This document shows, piece by piece, positions 35,045 through 43,995 of a stretch of 53,965 nucleotides of DNA (the first letter of the stretch is position 1; the number at the start of each line of letters is the position of its first letter). The stretch comes from Lachnospiraceae bacterium UBA1258. GTDB taxonomy: Bacteria; Bacillota; Clostridia; Lachnospirales; Lachnospiraceae. Made by a program: the position numbers and the translations under genes. The notes beneath the pieces were generated by a model. It ran no database searches. It saw nothing but the letters and a program-made list of their open reading frames with translations, and was not told the origin of the DNA. Location of the stretch: NCBI GenBank assembly GCA_002308235.1, contig DBVS01000065.1:11492-65456 (forward strand), read 5' to 3'.

Positions 35045-37372
35045 TCAAAGTTTTACTCTTACATCCCCAAGGGGGCTTTTAAGGATCACGGAAGAGTCAC
35101 CGGCTCCTTCACCGCGCCTCACATAGACCATCAGCCGTCCGCCATGGGTATTTCTCGTAGTTGATATATAATCGGAGGTGTCCGCAAGATTTCCGTTATC
35201 CATATGGGCAAAAGAAACCTCGCCTTCGGTCCCAACGGTAACCGGGACTTCAGCGTCTCTTGCGATCCTGCCCTTTGTATCAAGGACTGTTACCTCGATC
35301 TGTTCATAGGCTCCGGATACGGATTCCGGTGCGATAGACTCATCCAAACGCTTTGCGGTGACCGTCGCTCCTTCATTGTCGGTTTCAAGGATATCCTCGT
35401 ATTCGAAACCTTCTTGGTCCCTTGCCACAGCTTTGAGGACACCTTTCTCGAAGGGAATGATCCACACAAATTTCCCTGTCTCGTCCCTTTCGGTTCTGCC
35501 GACAGGCCTGTCGTTTACAAAGAGCTCCACCTCGGAAAGACCGCTGTAGGCTTCGACTCTTATTTCCTCACCCGCCTCGTATTTCCAGGAAAAACGCCTC
35601 AGTTCCATCCATCCCGGCGCATCCTTTTTGCAGGTGGCAAGCTTAACAAACTTTTCTTTTTCATTCCAGAGGCTCTTCCTGAAGTAAAAATCCGGCTTCT
35701 CAAATCCTGCGGTGGTCAGGTGTCCTGCCCTTGAACCGTGCTCGGGCCAGCCCCTTGTCTCACCCAGATAATCGATGCCCGTCCACAGGCACTGTCCGGA
35801 AATATAATCATTCTCAGTCACGGCCAGCCACTGTTTGTAATCGTGGCCGTTTTCGCTTCCGAAAATGGGTTGGTCCGGGAATCTCTTATGATCCGCCTCA
35901 TAGAACTGTTCTTTGTAGTTATAGCCTATAACATCCAGGCAATCGAAAAGTCCCGTATTTCCCGAAAGTTCCGGGAAGGCCGAGGCCAAAGAAACCGGTC
36001 TTGTGTCATCGTACTTTTTCACAAGCCGGGTCAGTTCTTTTGCCAGAGTAACAAGCCTTACGGCATTGGGTTTTTCAGGGTCGTACTGTTTTTCCTGGGA
36101 GGGCTTGCCGGCATCGTTGTTTCCGGTCATTTCCGCGAAACTTTCATGGCAGTAAGGGTCGTTGGGATAGTCAATCTCATTGCCTATACTCCACATGATG
36201 ACGCTTGCATGATTGCGCCGGGCCTTCACAAAGGCTTCCACGTCCCTCTCGTGCCAGGTGGGGTAATCCAGGAAATAACCCTGATGCTTGGGTGGATACA
36301 CATTATGCCCCTGCCACCATTTGTTCTTGGGACCTTCCCACTCATCAAATACCTCATCTATCACAAAGAAACCCATCTCATCGCAAAGCTCGTAAAGGCT
36401 CTCGGAATGTGGGTTGTGGCTCATCCTTACGGTATTGGCACCCATTTCTTTGAGTTTCGCAAGTCGCCGCTTCCACACGTTCTTCGGAACCGCATTGCCG
36501 AAACTTCCCGCATCCTCGTGGAGGCAGACCCCCTTAAGCTTCATGGATACACCATTGCAAAAGAAACCCTTGTCCGGATCAAAGAAAGTTTTAAGAATGC
36601 CGACCTTGCATTGGTTTATATCCTTCTCCTCCCCGCTCTCCACAAGGGTCTTCCACTCATGAAGATTCGGTTCATCGGCAGACCAAAGCATAAGATCCTT
36701 GAGTTCGTACTCAAAGAACACTTTGACCGTACTTCCGGCTTCGATACGGCCTTCGGAAGAAACCCTTTCGGCCCCCGCAACATATTCCGTGATCCTGTAA
36801 GATTTCGACCTGTCACATTTATTTACGATAACGTGCTCCGTCTCGATAACGGCGCGGTTTCCCTCAATACTCTTTACGCGGAAGGCTCTTTCTTTTACGA
36901 CCTCATGGACCTTGGGCTGGATCAAAAGCTTAACTTCTCTTTCGATGCCGGACCCGGTGTACCATCTTGAATCCGCAGTGTCATTGTGGTTTACCTGAAC
37001 CGTGATAAGGTTCTTTTGCCCGAAACGGACTGCGTGGGTGATATTGAAGTCAAAGGGTGTATAGCCGTTGGCCCAGTCCCCGAGATAATACTGATTGCAC
37101 CACACCCGGGCGTGCTTATATACACCGCCGAAGCAGAGGGTGATGTCGGAATCCTCGGCTCCTTCCGGCAATTCAAAGGGGATCCGATACCAGCCGATAC
37201 CCCCGGGCAGATATCCGGTGCCGCTGGAACAATCTTTGGAAAAAGAACGACTTACCGCCCAGTCGTGGGGCAGTACCACGTCCTCCCAGTCGGAATCGTC
37301 AAGGTGTGTATTCCAGCCGTCCTCCACGTCCTTCAATATGAATTTCACAGGTTTGCAAAGTGTTATTTCCAT
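35045..37372 (-). CDS. Glycoside hydrolase family 2 (beta-galactosidase-like)
   Basis: W..V.LPHDW, GIGWYR, SRWYTGSGI.R, KGVCLHED, RMSHNP, WSIGNE and WTGIDYLGE. Confidence 0.93.
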   Translation of the reverse strand: MEITLCKPVKFILKDVEDGWNTHLDDSDWEDVVLPHDWAVSRSFSKDCSSGTGYLPGGIGWYRIPFELPEGAEDSDITLCFGGVYKHARVWCNQYYLGDWANGYTPFDFNITHAVRFGQKNLITVQVNHNDTADSRWYTGSGIEREVKLLIQPKVHEVVKERAFRVKSIEGNRAVIETEHVIVNKCDRSKSYRITEYVAGAERVSSEGRIEAGSTVKVFFEYELKDLMLWSADEPNLHEWKTLVESGEEKDINQCKVGILKTFFDPDKGFFCNGVSMKLKGVCLHEDAGSFGNAVPKNVWKRRLAKLKEMGANTVRMSHNPHSESLYELCDEMGFFVIDEVFDEWEGPKNKWWQGHNVYPPKHQGYFLDYPTWHERDVEAFVKARRNHASVIMWSIGNEIDYPNDPYCHESFAEMTGNNDAGKPSQEKQYDPEKPNAVRLVTLAKELTRLVKKYDDTRPVSLASAFPELSGNTGLFDCLDVIGYNYKEQFYEADHKRFPDQPIFGSENGHDYKQWLAVTENDYISGQCLWTGIDYLGETRGWPEHGSRAGHLTTAGFEKPDFYFRKSLWNEKEKFVKLATCKKDAPGWMELRRFSWKYEAGEEIRVEAYSGLSEVELFVNDRPVGRTERDETGKFVWIIPFEKGVLKAVARDQEGFEYEDILETDNEGATVTAKRLDESIAPESVSGAYEQIEVTVLDTKGRIARDAEVPVTVGTEGEVSFAHMDNGNLADTSDYISTTRNTHGGRLMVYVRRGEGAGDSSVILKSPLGDVRVKL

Positions 37373-37422
37373 GCGTGTACCTCAAATCGGTTTTTTATTC
37401 TGCAGGCTGTTTTAAGTAGCGG

Positions 37423-38595
37423 TCAAAACCAGGGCTCAAGTACAAGCTCGCCGTCTTTGCCGCTTATGGTAAGACAATATGCCCTGCGGGTTCCGAAGGA
37501 ATCATCAAAGGTGAAGAAAATGGAACTCATATCTCCCGGGAACGAAGCATAGATGATAACGGCATTGCCCCAGGCCACGTCACCGATCCGCTTGATCGGT
37601 ACAAGAGTATAGTCCTGCTCTCCGCCCTTCTCTTCGCCCCATTCGATATTGCAAACATTCAGATCGTAAATGTCATCATAGGTTTCAAGGACTAAAGCAA
37701 CGGGTGAGTCGTCCGTGCTTACATAAAACTCCCTGAGTTCCGCGGTATCAAAGGGACAGTCCTCTTTGTACATGACATTTAATAGACTTCCGCCCATGAT
37801 CCCGCATATACTCTGCATGGACTGGATTGGCTGAAGATCGATGTCAACGATCTTTTCCTGATAGGATCTTTGCAGATCAAAGAACTTTGCTTCGTCAATA
37901 TCAAGTATTTCGGAAACCTTTATATCCCATGCTCCGGAGGTATTGTGATAGTATCCCACTTTTCCGTTTACTTCGGTGGAAAAATAAAAATCTATCCACT
38001 CCTGTTTTGTACCGTCGTAACTTAATCTGTAGGTTCCGAAACAACCCTCGGTGGCCCCTGCGGAACCTTCATTGTAGAATTCTCCGGTATCAAGAAGGTA
38101 CTGGCGGTTTCGACCCCAGCCTTCAACGACGACTTTATAGTCATCTTCGCCCGTCATGGTATAAACAGTCTTGATGTCTGTTTGGTTCGCCCATTCTTCG
38201 TTAATGGGATATTCGGCTATGATAAGCTCGGGTCTTCCGTCGCCGGAATAATCGTGACACTTAAAGCCTATAAGCTTGGTGGCGGGTTCACCGGTGTAGT
38301 CCACATCGTATCTGAAATCCGCTATCCAGTAAAAACCCTTATGGCCCGAATATTCGGGGAGATCTTCAACGGGCCCGGAGAGAAGATAAAAGTGCTCCGT
38401 GAGAAGCGCTATATAACCGGTAAAATCGTCATCGGGGGCGCCGTTCGGCTCTTCCTTCTTTTCCAAAGATGCACTGATACTTGCCTCTTTCTTATCACTC
38501 GCCGTTGAAACGGAAATACTTGCACACCCGACCGCAGCAATGCCCAGTACTGCGCACATGATGATAACCGTGAACTTCTTGATAAAGCCCTTCAT
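37423..38595 (-). CDS. Hypothetical lipoprotein
   Basis: Start moved to ATG 38595 (GAGGAG SD); MKGFIKK..IAAVGC lipobox; one DYSGDGRPEL motif. Confidence 0.75.
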   Translation of the reverse strand: MKGFIKKFTVIIMCAVLGIAAVGCASISVSTASDKKEASISASLEKKEEPNGAPDDDFTGYIALLTEHFYLLSGPVEDLPEYSGHKGFYWIADFRYDVDYTGEPATKLIGFKCHDYSGDGRPELIIAEYPINEEWANQTDIKTVYTMTGEDDYKVVVEGWGRNRQYLLDTGEFYNEGSAGATEGCFGTYRLSYDGTKQEWIDFYFSTEVNGKVGYYHNTSGAWDIKVSEILDIDEAKFFDLQRSYQEKIVDIDLQPIQSMQSICGIMGGSLLNVMYKEDCPFDTAELREFYVSTDDSPVALVLETYDDIYDLNVCNIEWGEEKGGEQDYTLVPIKRIGDVAWGNAVIIYASFPGDMSSIFFTFDDSFGTRRAYCLTISGKDGELVLEPWF

Positions 38596-38801
38596 TTTCT
38601 GCTCCTCGCATGTCTTAGCCGGTATCACCCGGTTGTTTCCAAAGTTGTATTTACAGTGGTCTTCCACTTAACAGATTATAACACCATGAAGGGCTGCGAG
38701 CCATAGTTTGCTTTTACACATTGACACACTTATCCCTGTGTAGTATCTTTATTGCTATATTTTTTTATTGGTTTTTTCGGAAAAGAAAGGGGATCATAAC
38801 A

Positions 38802-39350
38802 ATGGACTTTAGGATTAATGATGATCTGATGCTTATTAAACTCTCACCCGAGTATCTGACTCAGATTTGGGAATACAAGGCTGAGTTTCTGGAAAACGGT
38901 GATTCCATGGACGGAACCGGTCCCTTAAGACGTGCCGAGAGCCCGGAAGAATATTACGGCAGGGCTCAAAGTTATTTGAGTGAAGAAACCCTGCCCGAAG
39001 GCCTGGTCCTCGCCACCCAGTTTCTTTGTGTGAGAAAGAGCGATAACAGGCTGGTGGGCATGCTTCAGGCCAGGCACTACCTGAACGATTATTTAAGACA
39101 GTTTGCGGGACACATCGGTTATTCCGTGCGCCCTTCCGAACGAAGAAAGGGTTACGCGGAGTGGATGCTTCACAATGTGCTGCCTTTCTTTAAAGGCATA
39201 GGTGTGGACAGTGTAATGGTCACCTGCTCTGACACAAACGAAGGGAGCAGAAAGACCATCCTCAAAAACGGAGGGGTCTACGAAGGAACGGCCTTCTGTG
39301 AGGAAGATAACGAACACCTGGAAAAATACTGGATCGATATTGACAAATAG
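38802..39350 (+). CDS. GNAT-family acetyltransferase
   Basis: GHIGYSVRPSERRKGYA, VTC...NEGSRKTILKNGG. Start ATG 38802. Confidence 0.9.
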   Translation: MDFRINDDLMLIKLSPEYLTQIWEYKAEFLENGDSMDGTGPLRRAESPEEYYGRAQSYLSEETLPEGLVLATQFLCVRKSDNRLVGMLQARHYLNDYLRQFAGHIGYSVRPSERRKGYAEWMLHNVLPFFKGIGVDSVMVTCSDTNEGSRKTILKNGGVYEGTAFCEEDNEHLEKYWIDIDK

Positions 39351-39410
39351 TTGCTTTGTTCATTACACCGTTATGCGACAATTCTTTTAGAAGATCTCTA
39401 AGGTTTCGTT

Positions 39411-39618
39411 GTTATCATTCATTCGCACTCCGCTTCGCTGCGTGCTCATGTATGTTGTCGTCAAGGTGACGAAATAATCAGCGACTTACTTCGCAAGTCC
39501 TACAGCAATAAAAAGGACGTGTCCCCACATGCAAGCACGCGGGACACGTCTTATTTATTGCTTGTCGCCTTACGGCGAACGCTGATTATTTCTGTTACTT
39601 TGACTCGTTATCATTCAT
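39411..39618. repeat. Branched palindromic intergenic element bounded by a 12-bp direct repeat; probably also acts as terminator
   Basis: GAAATAATCAGCG (39471-83) / CGCTGATTATTTC (39580-92); GACGTGTCCC / GGGACACGTC; side hairpins; GTTATCATTCAT at 39411-22 and 39607-18. Confidence 0.7.
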
Positions 39619-40594
39619 ATTCAATCGTGGCGCTGGGCTTGGGTGTAAAGTCGTAGAGCACGCGGTTTACGCCCTTTACTTCGGAGGTGATGCGCTTTAC
39701 AAGAAGCTGCATCAGGTCGAAGGGAATGTTCTCAACTTCGGCGGTCATGGCATCCTGGGTGTTGACGGCACGGATAATAACGGGCCACTCGAAGGTACGC
39801 TTGCCGTCGCGGATACCGGTGGACTTAAAATCGGGAACTACTGTGAAATACTGCCATACCTTGCCTTCAAGGCCGTGCTTCGCAAACTCTTCGCGAAGGA
39901 TTGCGTCTGCTTCACGGACTGCCTCAAGTCTGTCTCTGGTGATGGCACCGGGGCAACGAACGCCAAGTCCGGGGCCGGGGAAGGGCTGACGATATACCAT
40001 GTTTGCGGGAAGTCCCAGGCACTCGCCCACGATACGTACCTCATCTTTAAAGAGGATCTTAACGGGTTCAACCAGTTCAAACTTCATGTCTTCAGGAAGT
40101 CCGCCTGCGTTGTGGTGAGCCTTGATGCCTTTTTCACTCTCTAAGATATCGGGCCAGATGGTTCCCTGAGCCAGGAACTCGATGCCGTCAAGCTTTCTTG
40201 CTTCTTCGGTAAATACTTCGATGAACTCTCCGCCTATTATCTTACGCTTGGTCTCGGGATCCGTTACACCCGCAAGCTTGTCTAAAAATCTGTCGGTGGC
40301 GTCCACATAAACAAGATTTGCCTTCATCTGGTTACGGAATACTTCGATAACCTGCTCGGGCTCGCCCTTACGAAGGAGTCCGTGATTTACATGTACGCAT
40401 ACAAGCTGCTGTCCCACAGCTTTGATGAGCATGGCTGCAACAACGGATGAATCCACACCGCCTGAAAGAGCCAAAAGCACTTTCTTGCTGCCAATCTGCT
40501 CTCTTAAAGCTTTGATCTGCTCATCGATAAATGCCTGAGCCAGTTCTTTGTTCGTGATCCTGACCATATCGTCGGGACGTCTGTCATTAACCAT
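39611..40594 (-). CDS. guaA: GMP synthase, ATP-pyrophosphatase plus C-terminal domains only (no glutaminase domain)
   Basis: ALSGGVDSSV, PETKRKIIG, FLAQGT, IKAHHN, RQPFPGPGLGVR and KPSATIEYE; 327 aa with AGGAGG SD. Confidence 0.88.
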   Translation of the reverse strand: MVNDRRPDDMVRITNKELAQAFIDEQIKALREQIGSKKVLLALSGGVDSSVVAAMLIKAVGQQLVCVHVNHGLLRKGEPEQVIEVFRNQMKANLVYVDATDRFLDKLAGVTDPETKRKIIGGEFIEVFTEEARKLDGIEFLAQGTIWPDILESEKGIKAHHNAGGLPEDMKFELVEPVKILFKDEVRIVGECLGLPANMVYRQPFPGPGLGVRCPGAITRDRLEAVREADAILREEFAKHGLEGKVWQYFTVVPDFKSTGIRDGKRTFEWPVIIRAVNTQDAMTAEVENIPFDLMQLLVKRITSEVKGVNRVLYDFTPKPSATIEYE

Positions 40595-40711
40595 ATGTAC
40601 CTCCTGAAATTTTGACTGTCAGATGTCGGGCGTCGCAAAGGACTGCTGCCCGTGTCCTTTATATTCTATCACAGGCCGGCGGATATCTGTACTGATTTTT
40701 CTTTTCTCTGT

Positions 40712-40737
40712 TAAGTTTTTACTTTGTGCTCCGATAT
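40712..40737 (+). promoter_or_regulatory. Putative sigma-28 (FliA/SigD) promoter
   Basis: TAAG-N15-CCGATAT matches the flagellar sigma consensus. Confidence 0.6.
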
Positions 40738-40915
40738 ATAAAATACAGGGACGTTTATCGTGAGAGGGATCCTCACACGAGAAGCGTCTTTTTTTACCCC
40801 AAAACGGTCCCGGGAATGCACGCCCGGTGCTCTTTAGGCTTGTTAAAGTCGCCCTAACGCACCGAAACCGGCTGTCAGGGGGAAACCAAAATACAGAGGA
40901 GGGTTAAAAACCACA

Positions 40916-42040
40916 TTGAGAATCGATTCCTGTAACATAGGAATGGACTCCGCAAGACTTTATAAGTCTTCACAAAGCACCCACGCTTCACAAACCGTCG
41001 TGGGAACAAGCATAGCGAACGGGGACCCGGCGGGACGCCTGCCCTTCGCTTATTCCAATCTGTACGGAAACAGCGGAAAAAGCAACGACCAAACACTAAA
41101 AGACGCGGATTCGAAGGAGACCAAGGAAGAACAGGGAGCGGAAGATCCCGCAAACACGGCCTTCAACCGTCTCTCCACTGCAAGAAGAATCCTCTTCCCG
41201 CCCGAGGAAGACAGGTCCGTCTCCGACACCTTTCATCGTCTCAGAGAACTGATGGTCAAAAGCATTCTCGAGCTGCTCTTTGGCAGAAGAACCGAAGATC
41301 TTGCCGGAAACGGCGTCCTCTACGGAAACGGTGTCTGCGAAGAAGCAGCCAACATGCCTGAATATCAGGTGGTGGAGGTCCGCGAACAGTTTTCTTCCTA
41401 CTACGAAGAATGCGAGTACACAAGCTTTAACGCAACCGGCACCGTAAATACCGCTGACGGACGCTCTCTCGATATCAACATAAATGTAGGTATGAGCAGG
41501 CGTTTCGTATCTTACTACGAAGAATCCGTTTCGAGATTATCTTTAAGAACTTGCGATCCCTTAGTCATCAATCTCGACGACTCACCCACGGAGCTTTCCG
41601 ACATGAGTTTCTTTTTCGACCTTGACTGCGACGGGGAAAAAGAAAAAGTATCCTCTCTCGGAAAGAACCACGGCTTCCTTGCCCTTGACAAAAACGGGGA
41701 CGGAATCATCAACGACGGTTCGGAACTTTTCGGAACCGCCTCGGGAGACGGCTTTAAGGACCTTGCAGCCTACGACGAAGACGGAAACGGCTGGATTGAT
41801 GAAGCCGACGCGATCTTCTCGGCTCTTAAGATCTGGACAAAGGATGAAAACGGCAACGACCTTCTTTGTACTTTAAAAGACCTTGATATCGGGGCTTTGT
41901 ATCTCGGAAATGCGGACACCGATTTTTCCCTGAACGATTCAAAAACAAACGAAACAAAGGCATTCGTCAGGAAGACGGGACTGTTTCTTTATGAAAGCGG
42001 CATGGCAGGTACCATGCAGCACGTGGATCTGGTTTCCTGA
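40916..42040 (+). CDS. Hypothetical protein with DxDxDG Ca-binding-like repeats
   Basis: DPLVINL..FDLDCDG..GFLALDKNGDGIINDGSELFG..YDEDGNGWIDE; TTG start after a GGAGG SD. Confidence 0.8.
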   Translation: MRIDSCNIGMDSARLYKSSQSTHASQTVVGTSIANGDPAGRLPFAYSNLYGNSGKSNDQTLKDADSKETKEEQGAEDPANTAFNRLSTARRILFPPEEDRSVSDTFHRLRELMVKSILELLFGRRTEDLAGNGVLYGNGVCEEAANMPEYQVVEVREQFSSYYEECEYTSFNATGTVNTADGRSLDININVGMSRRFVSYYEESVSRLSLRTCDPLVINLDDSPTELSDMSFFFDLDCDGEKEKVSSLGKNHGFLALDKNGDGIINDGSELFGTASGDGFKDLAAYDEDGNGWIDEADAIFSALKIWTKDENGNDLLCTLKDLDIGALYLGNADTDFSLNDSKTNETKAFVRKTGLFLYESGMAGTMQHVDLVS

Positions 42041-42063
42041 TATTCCAATCGGGCCGAAAGCAT

Positions 42064-42095
42064 AAAAAAGGGCGCCTGCATCAAACAGGCGCCCT
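42064..42095 (-). terminator. Intrinsic terminator (likely bidirectional)
   Basis: AGGGCGCCTG-catcaaa-CAGGCGCCCT with an adjacent A-run. Confidence 0.8.
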
Positions 42096-42108
42096 GTATA
42101 TTCATTCT

Positions 42109-43164
42109 TTATTCAGGTAAGTATTCGTCGAATGCCGTATGCATGGCAATCGATTCATTCATTTCTTTCGTTTTTTCCATAAACTCTTCATCGGTAAGCA
42201 GGAAATAGTCATTATGCATTTTCACCACGCCGCCGTCATTCCAGGTAACATCCACATTCAGCCACTCGCCGTCGACCTTGACTCTGTTCCAAATGTGCTC
42301 ACCGTTTTTGCTGGAAACAAGATAATTATCCACACCGAGAATATTCAGGCATAGTTCGTATGCCGCAGAATATCCGTCACATACCGCCAAACCGCTTAAA
42401 AGCGCACCCGTAGCATCATGCTCGGGATTGGGATGTTCTTCGTCTCCGTTATACAGAGTTCCTTCTAATGTAACGAACTTTGAATTCCGATCGTATCTTG
42501 TCTTCTCACCGATAGCGTTATTGATATAAAGCAGCCGGTCTTTTAAATCATCGCTCGAAGCAACTGCTTTTTCAACGATGGCATTTGCTGTGGCAAGAAG
42601 TTCTTTTATCGTATCATCCGCGTTGTAATCGCTGTATCTGAGCAATGCCACTGCCTTCCATCCATCTCTGTACACGGGTGATATCGTAACCTCGCTGATA
42701 TCGGTGTAATCATTATATGCGTATGAACAACTGACACCCCCCAAATGATGGCCGATGACTCCTGCGGAAAAGACCAGCTGATAAAATCTTTTCTCCCACT
42801 GTTCTTTAAAGTTACCCTTAATCAGCAGGCGAAGAGCACCGTAAGCTCCGTCAAATCCTGCAGAAACTTCTTTTACAATCTCTTCCTCTGTTGTCAGAAT
42901 ATTGTTCTTCCAGTAATACTTCTGATACTTGGTTCTGGGTTTGGGATTCAAAATTCCATAGTATTCCGAATCGGGTAAAACCGGAGCCTCACTAAAAGCA
43001 GCCGTTACCGAATCGCCCTCGGCACAGACCCCCACGTTGGGAGTTACAGCGGCATCACACTTAACAACAGGCGCAGCTGTAATCAACACCCCCGTCAAAA
43101 TAACGGCAATGGACGATTTTAGAATTTGACATTCCTTTTTCCGTTCCCTATGCCAAAAAAGCAT
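42109..43164 (-). CDS. Exported transglutaminase-like domain protein
   Basis: Catalytic triad motifs AVCDGYS, EHIWN and VDVTWND; N-terminal hydrophobic segment. Confidence 0.85.
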   Translation of the reverse strand: MLFWHRERKKECQILKSSIAVILTGVLITAAPVVKCDAAVTPNVGVCAEGDSVTAAFSEAPVLPDSEYYGILNPKPRTKYQKYYWKNNILTTEEEIVKEVSAGFDGAYGALRLLIKGNFKEQWEKRFYQLVFSAGVIGHHLGGVSCSYAYNDYTDISEVTISPVYRDGWKAVALLRYSDYNADDTIKELLATANAIVEKAVASSDDLKDRLLYINNAIGEKTRYDRNSKFVTLEGTLYNGDEEHPNPEHDATGALLSGLAVCDGYSAAYELCLNILGVDNYLVSSKNGEHIWNRVKVDGEWLNVDVTWNDGGVVKMHNDYFLLTDEEFMEKTKEMNESIAMHTAFDEYLPE

Positions 43165-43210
43165 ATATTATCTCCCCAAAACTCAAAAAACTGCCCCTGC
43201 CATATCCTGT

Positions 43211-43849
43211 TTAAACTGCAGGAAATCTGTTAAGAAACTTTTCTGCCTCCGCTTTAACCTGCTTCATAACCTTCTTATTGGACTTGGCATGTGACTTTAC
43301 TGCCGTTACAAAAAAGGGCGGAATAAATATGCAAACAAAGAATTTAACTACAAAAGCCAAAGGCTTCCAGAATATCCCGATTACCGCTGCTCCCAATCCT
43401 CCGAAACCGCCTACACCTGACAGTACACCGGCCAAAGCACCCACACCGGCGCCTAAAGCTCCTGCAACCCCTTTGCCAAGTGCACTTTCTTTGTTGGGCC
43501 ACAAAGCCGAAAGACCTTTCATTCCCACAAGCTTAATTACGCACACATGACAAAAAATCCAAGCAGCCCAAAAAAGCAAAATAATTACCGTCTTCGTCAG
43601 GTCATACCAAAAGGCTCCTTCTTCCCATTCTATTTCCGTACCCGTAATCCTTTCGCTCAAACCCATAACTGAAGCTAATAATATTGACAGTACCAAAACG
43701 ATAGCAAAAGCCAAAAGGAAAAATAACCATGCTTTCCTATTTTTCTTGGATGCTTCTGCCACTTCCTCATCGGCCTTGGGAAGCCAACCGTCCACATAAT
43801 CGATTACTGCATTTGCTTCTTCGCGTGAATTGAAAACAATATCTGCCAT
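43211..43849 (-). CDS. Hypothetical membrane protein with glycine-zipper helix
   Basis: AGGAGG SD; 3-4 hydrophobic segments; GVAGALGAGVGALAGVLSGVGGFGGLG. Confidence 0.75.
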   Translation of the reverse strand: MADIVFNSREEANAVIDYVDGWLPKADEEVAEASKKNRKAWLFFLLAFAIVLVLSILLASVMGLSERITGTEIEWEEGAFWYDLTKTVIILLFWAAWIFCHVCVIKLVGMKGLSALWPNKESALGKGVAGALGAGVGALAGVLSGVGGFGGLGAAVIGIFWKPLAFVVKFFVCIFIPPFFVTAVKSHAKSNKKVMKQVKAEAEKFLNRFPAV

Positions 43850-43995
43850 AACTATCCTCCTGATTATAAAGAAAAATTTTTTTGTTTTTGCCTTTCTGAT
43901 TGTATTACAGATGAGAGTACCCTCAGGTTTTAAAAAAACAAAAAAATTTTATCTTCAAAAAGAATCGGCCTATATTATATCTGTTTTCAGGCTTC

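Noticed and set aside
35738-36970. 410-aa plus-strand ORF (also 33924-34829, 28957-29694, 20949-21551, 32983-33549)
   Set aside because: All lie antisense to well-supported genes and show no recognisable motifs; treated as shadow ORFs.
40620-40900. c-di-GMP-I or purine riboswitch in the guaA/40916 intergenic region
   Set aside because: The consensus elements of these families were not found in the right order; the folds are reported only as unidentified candidates.
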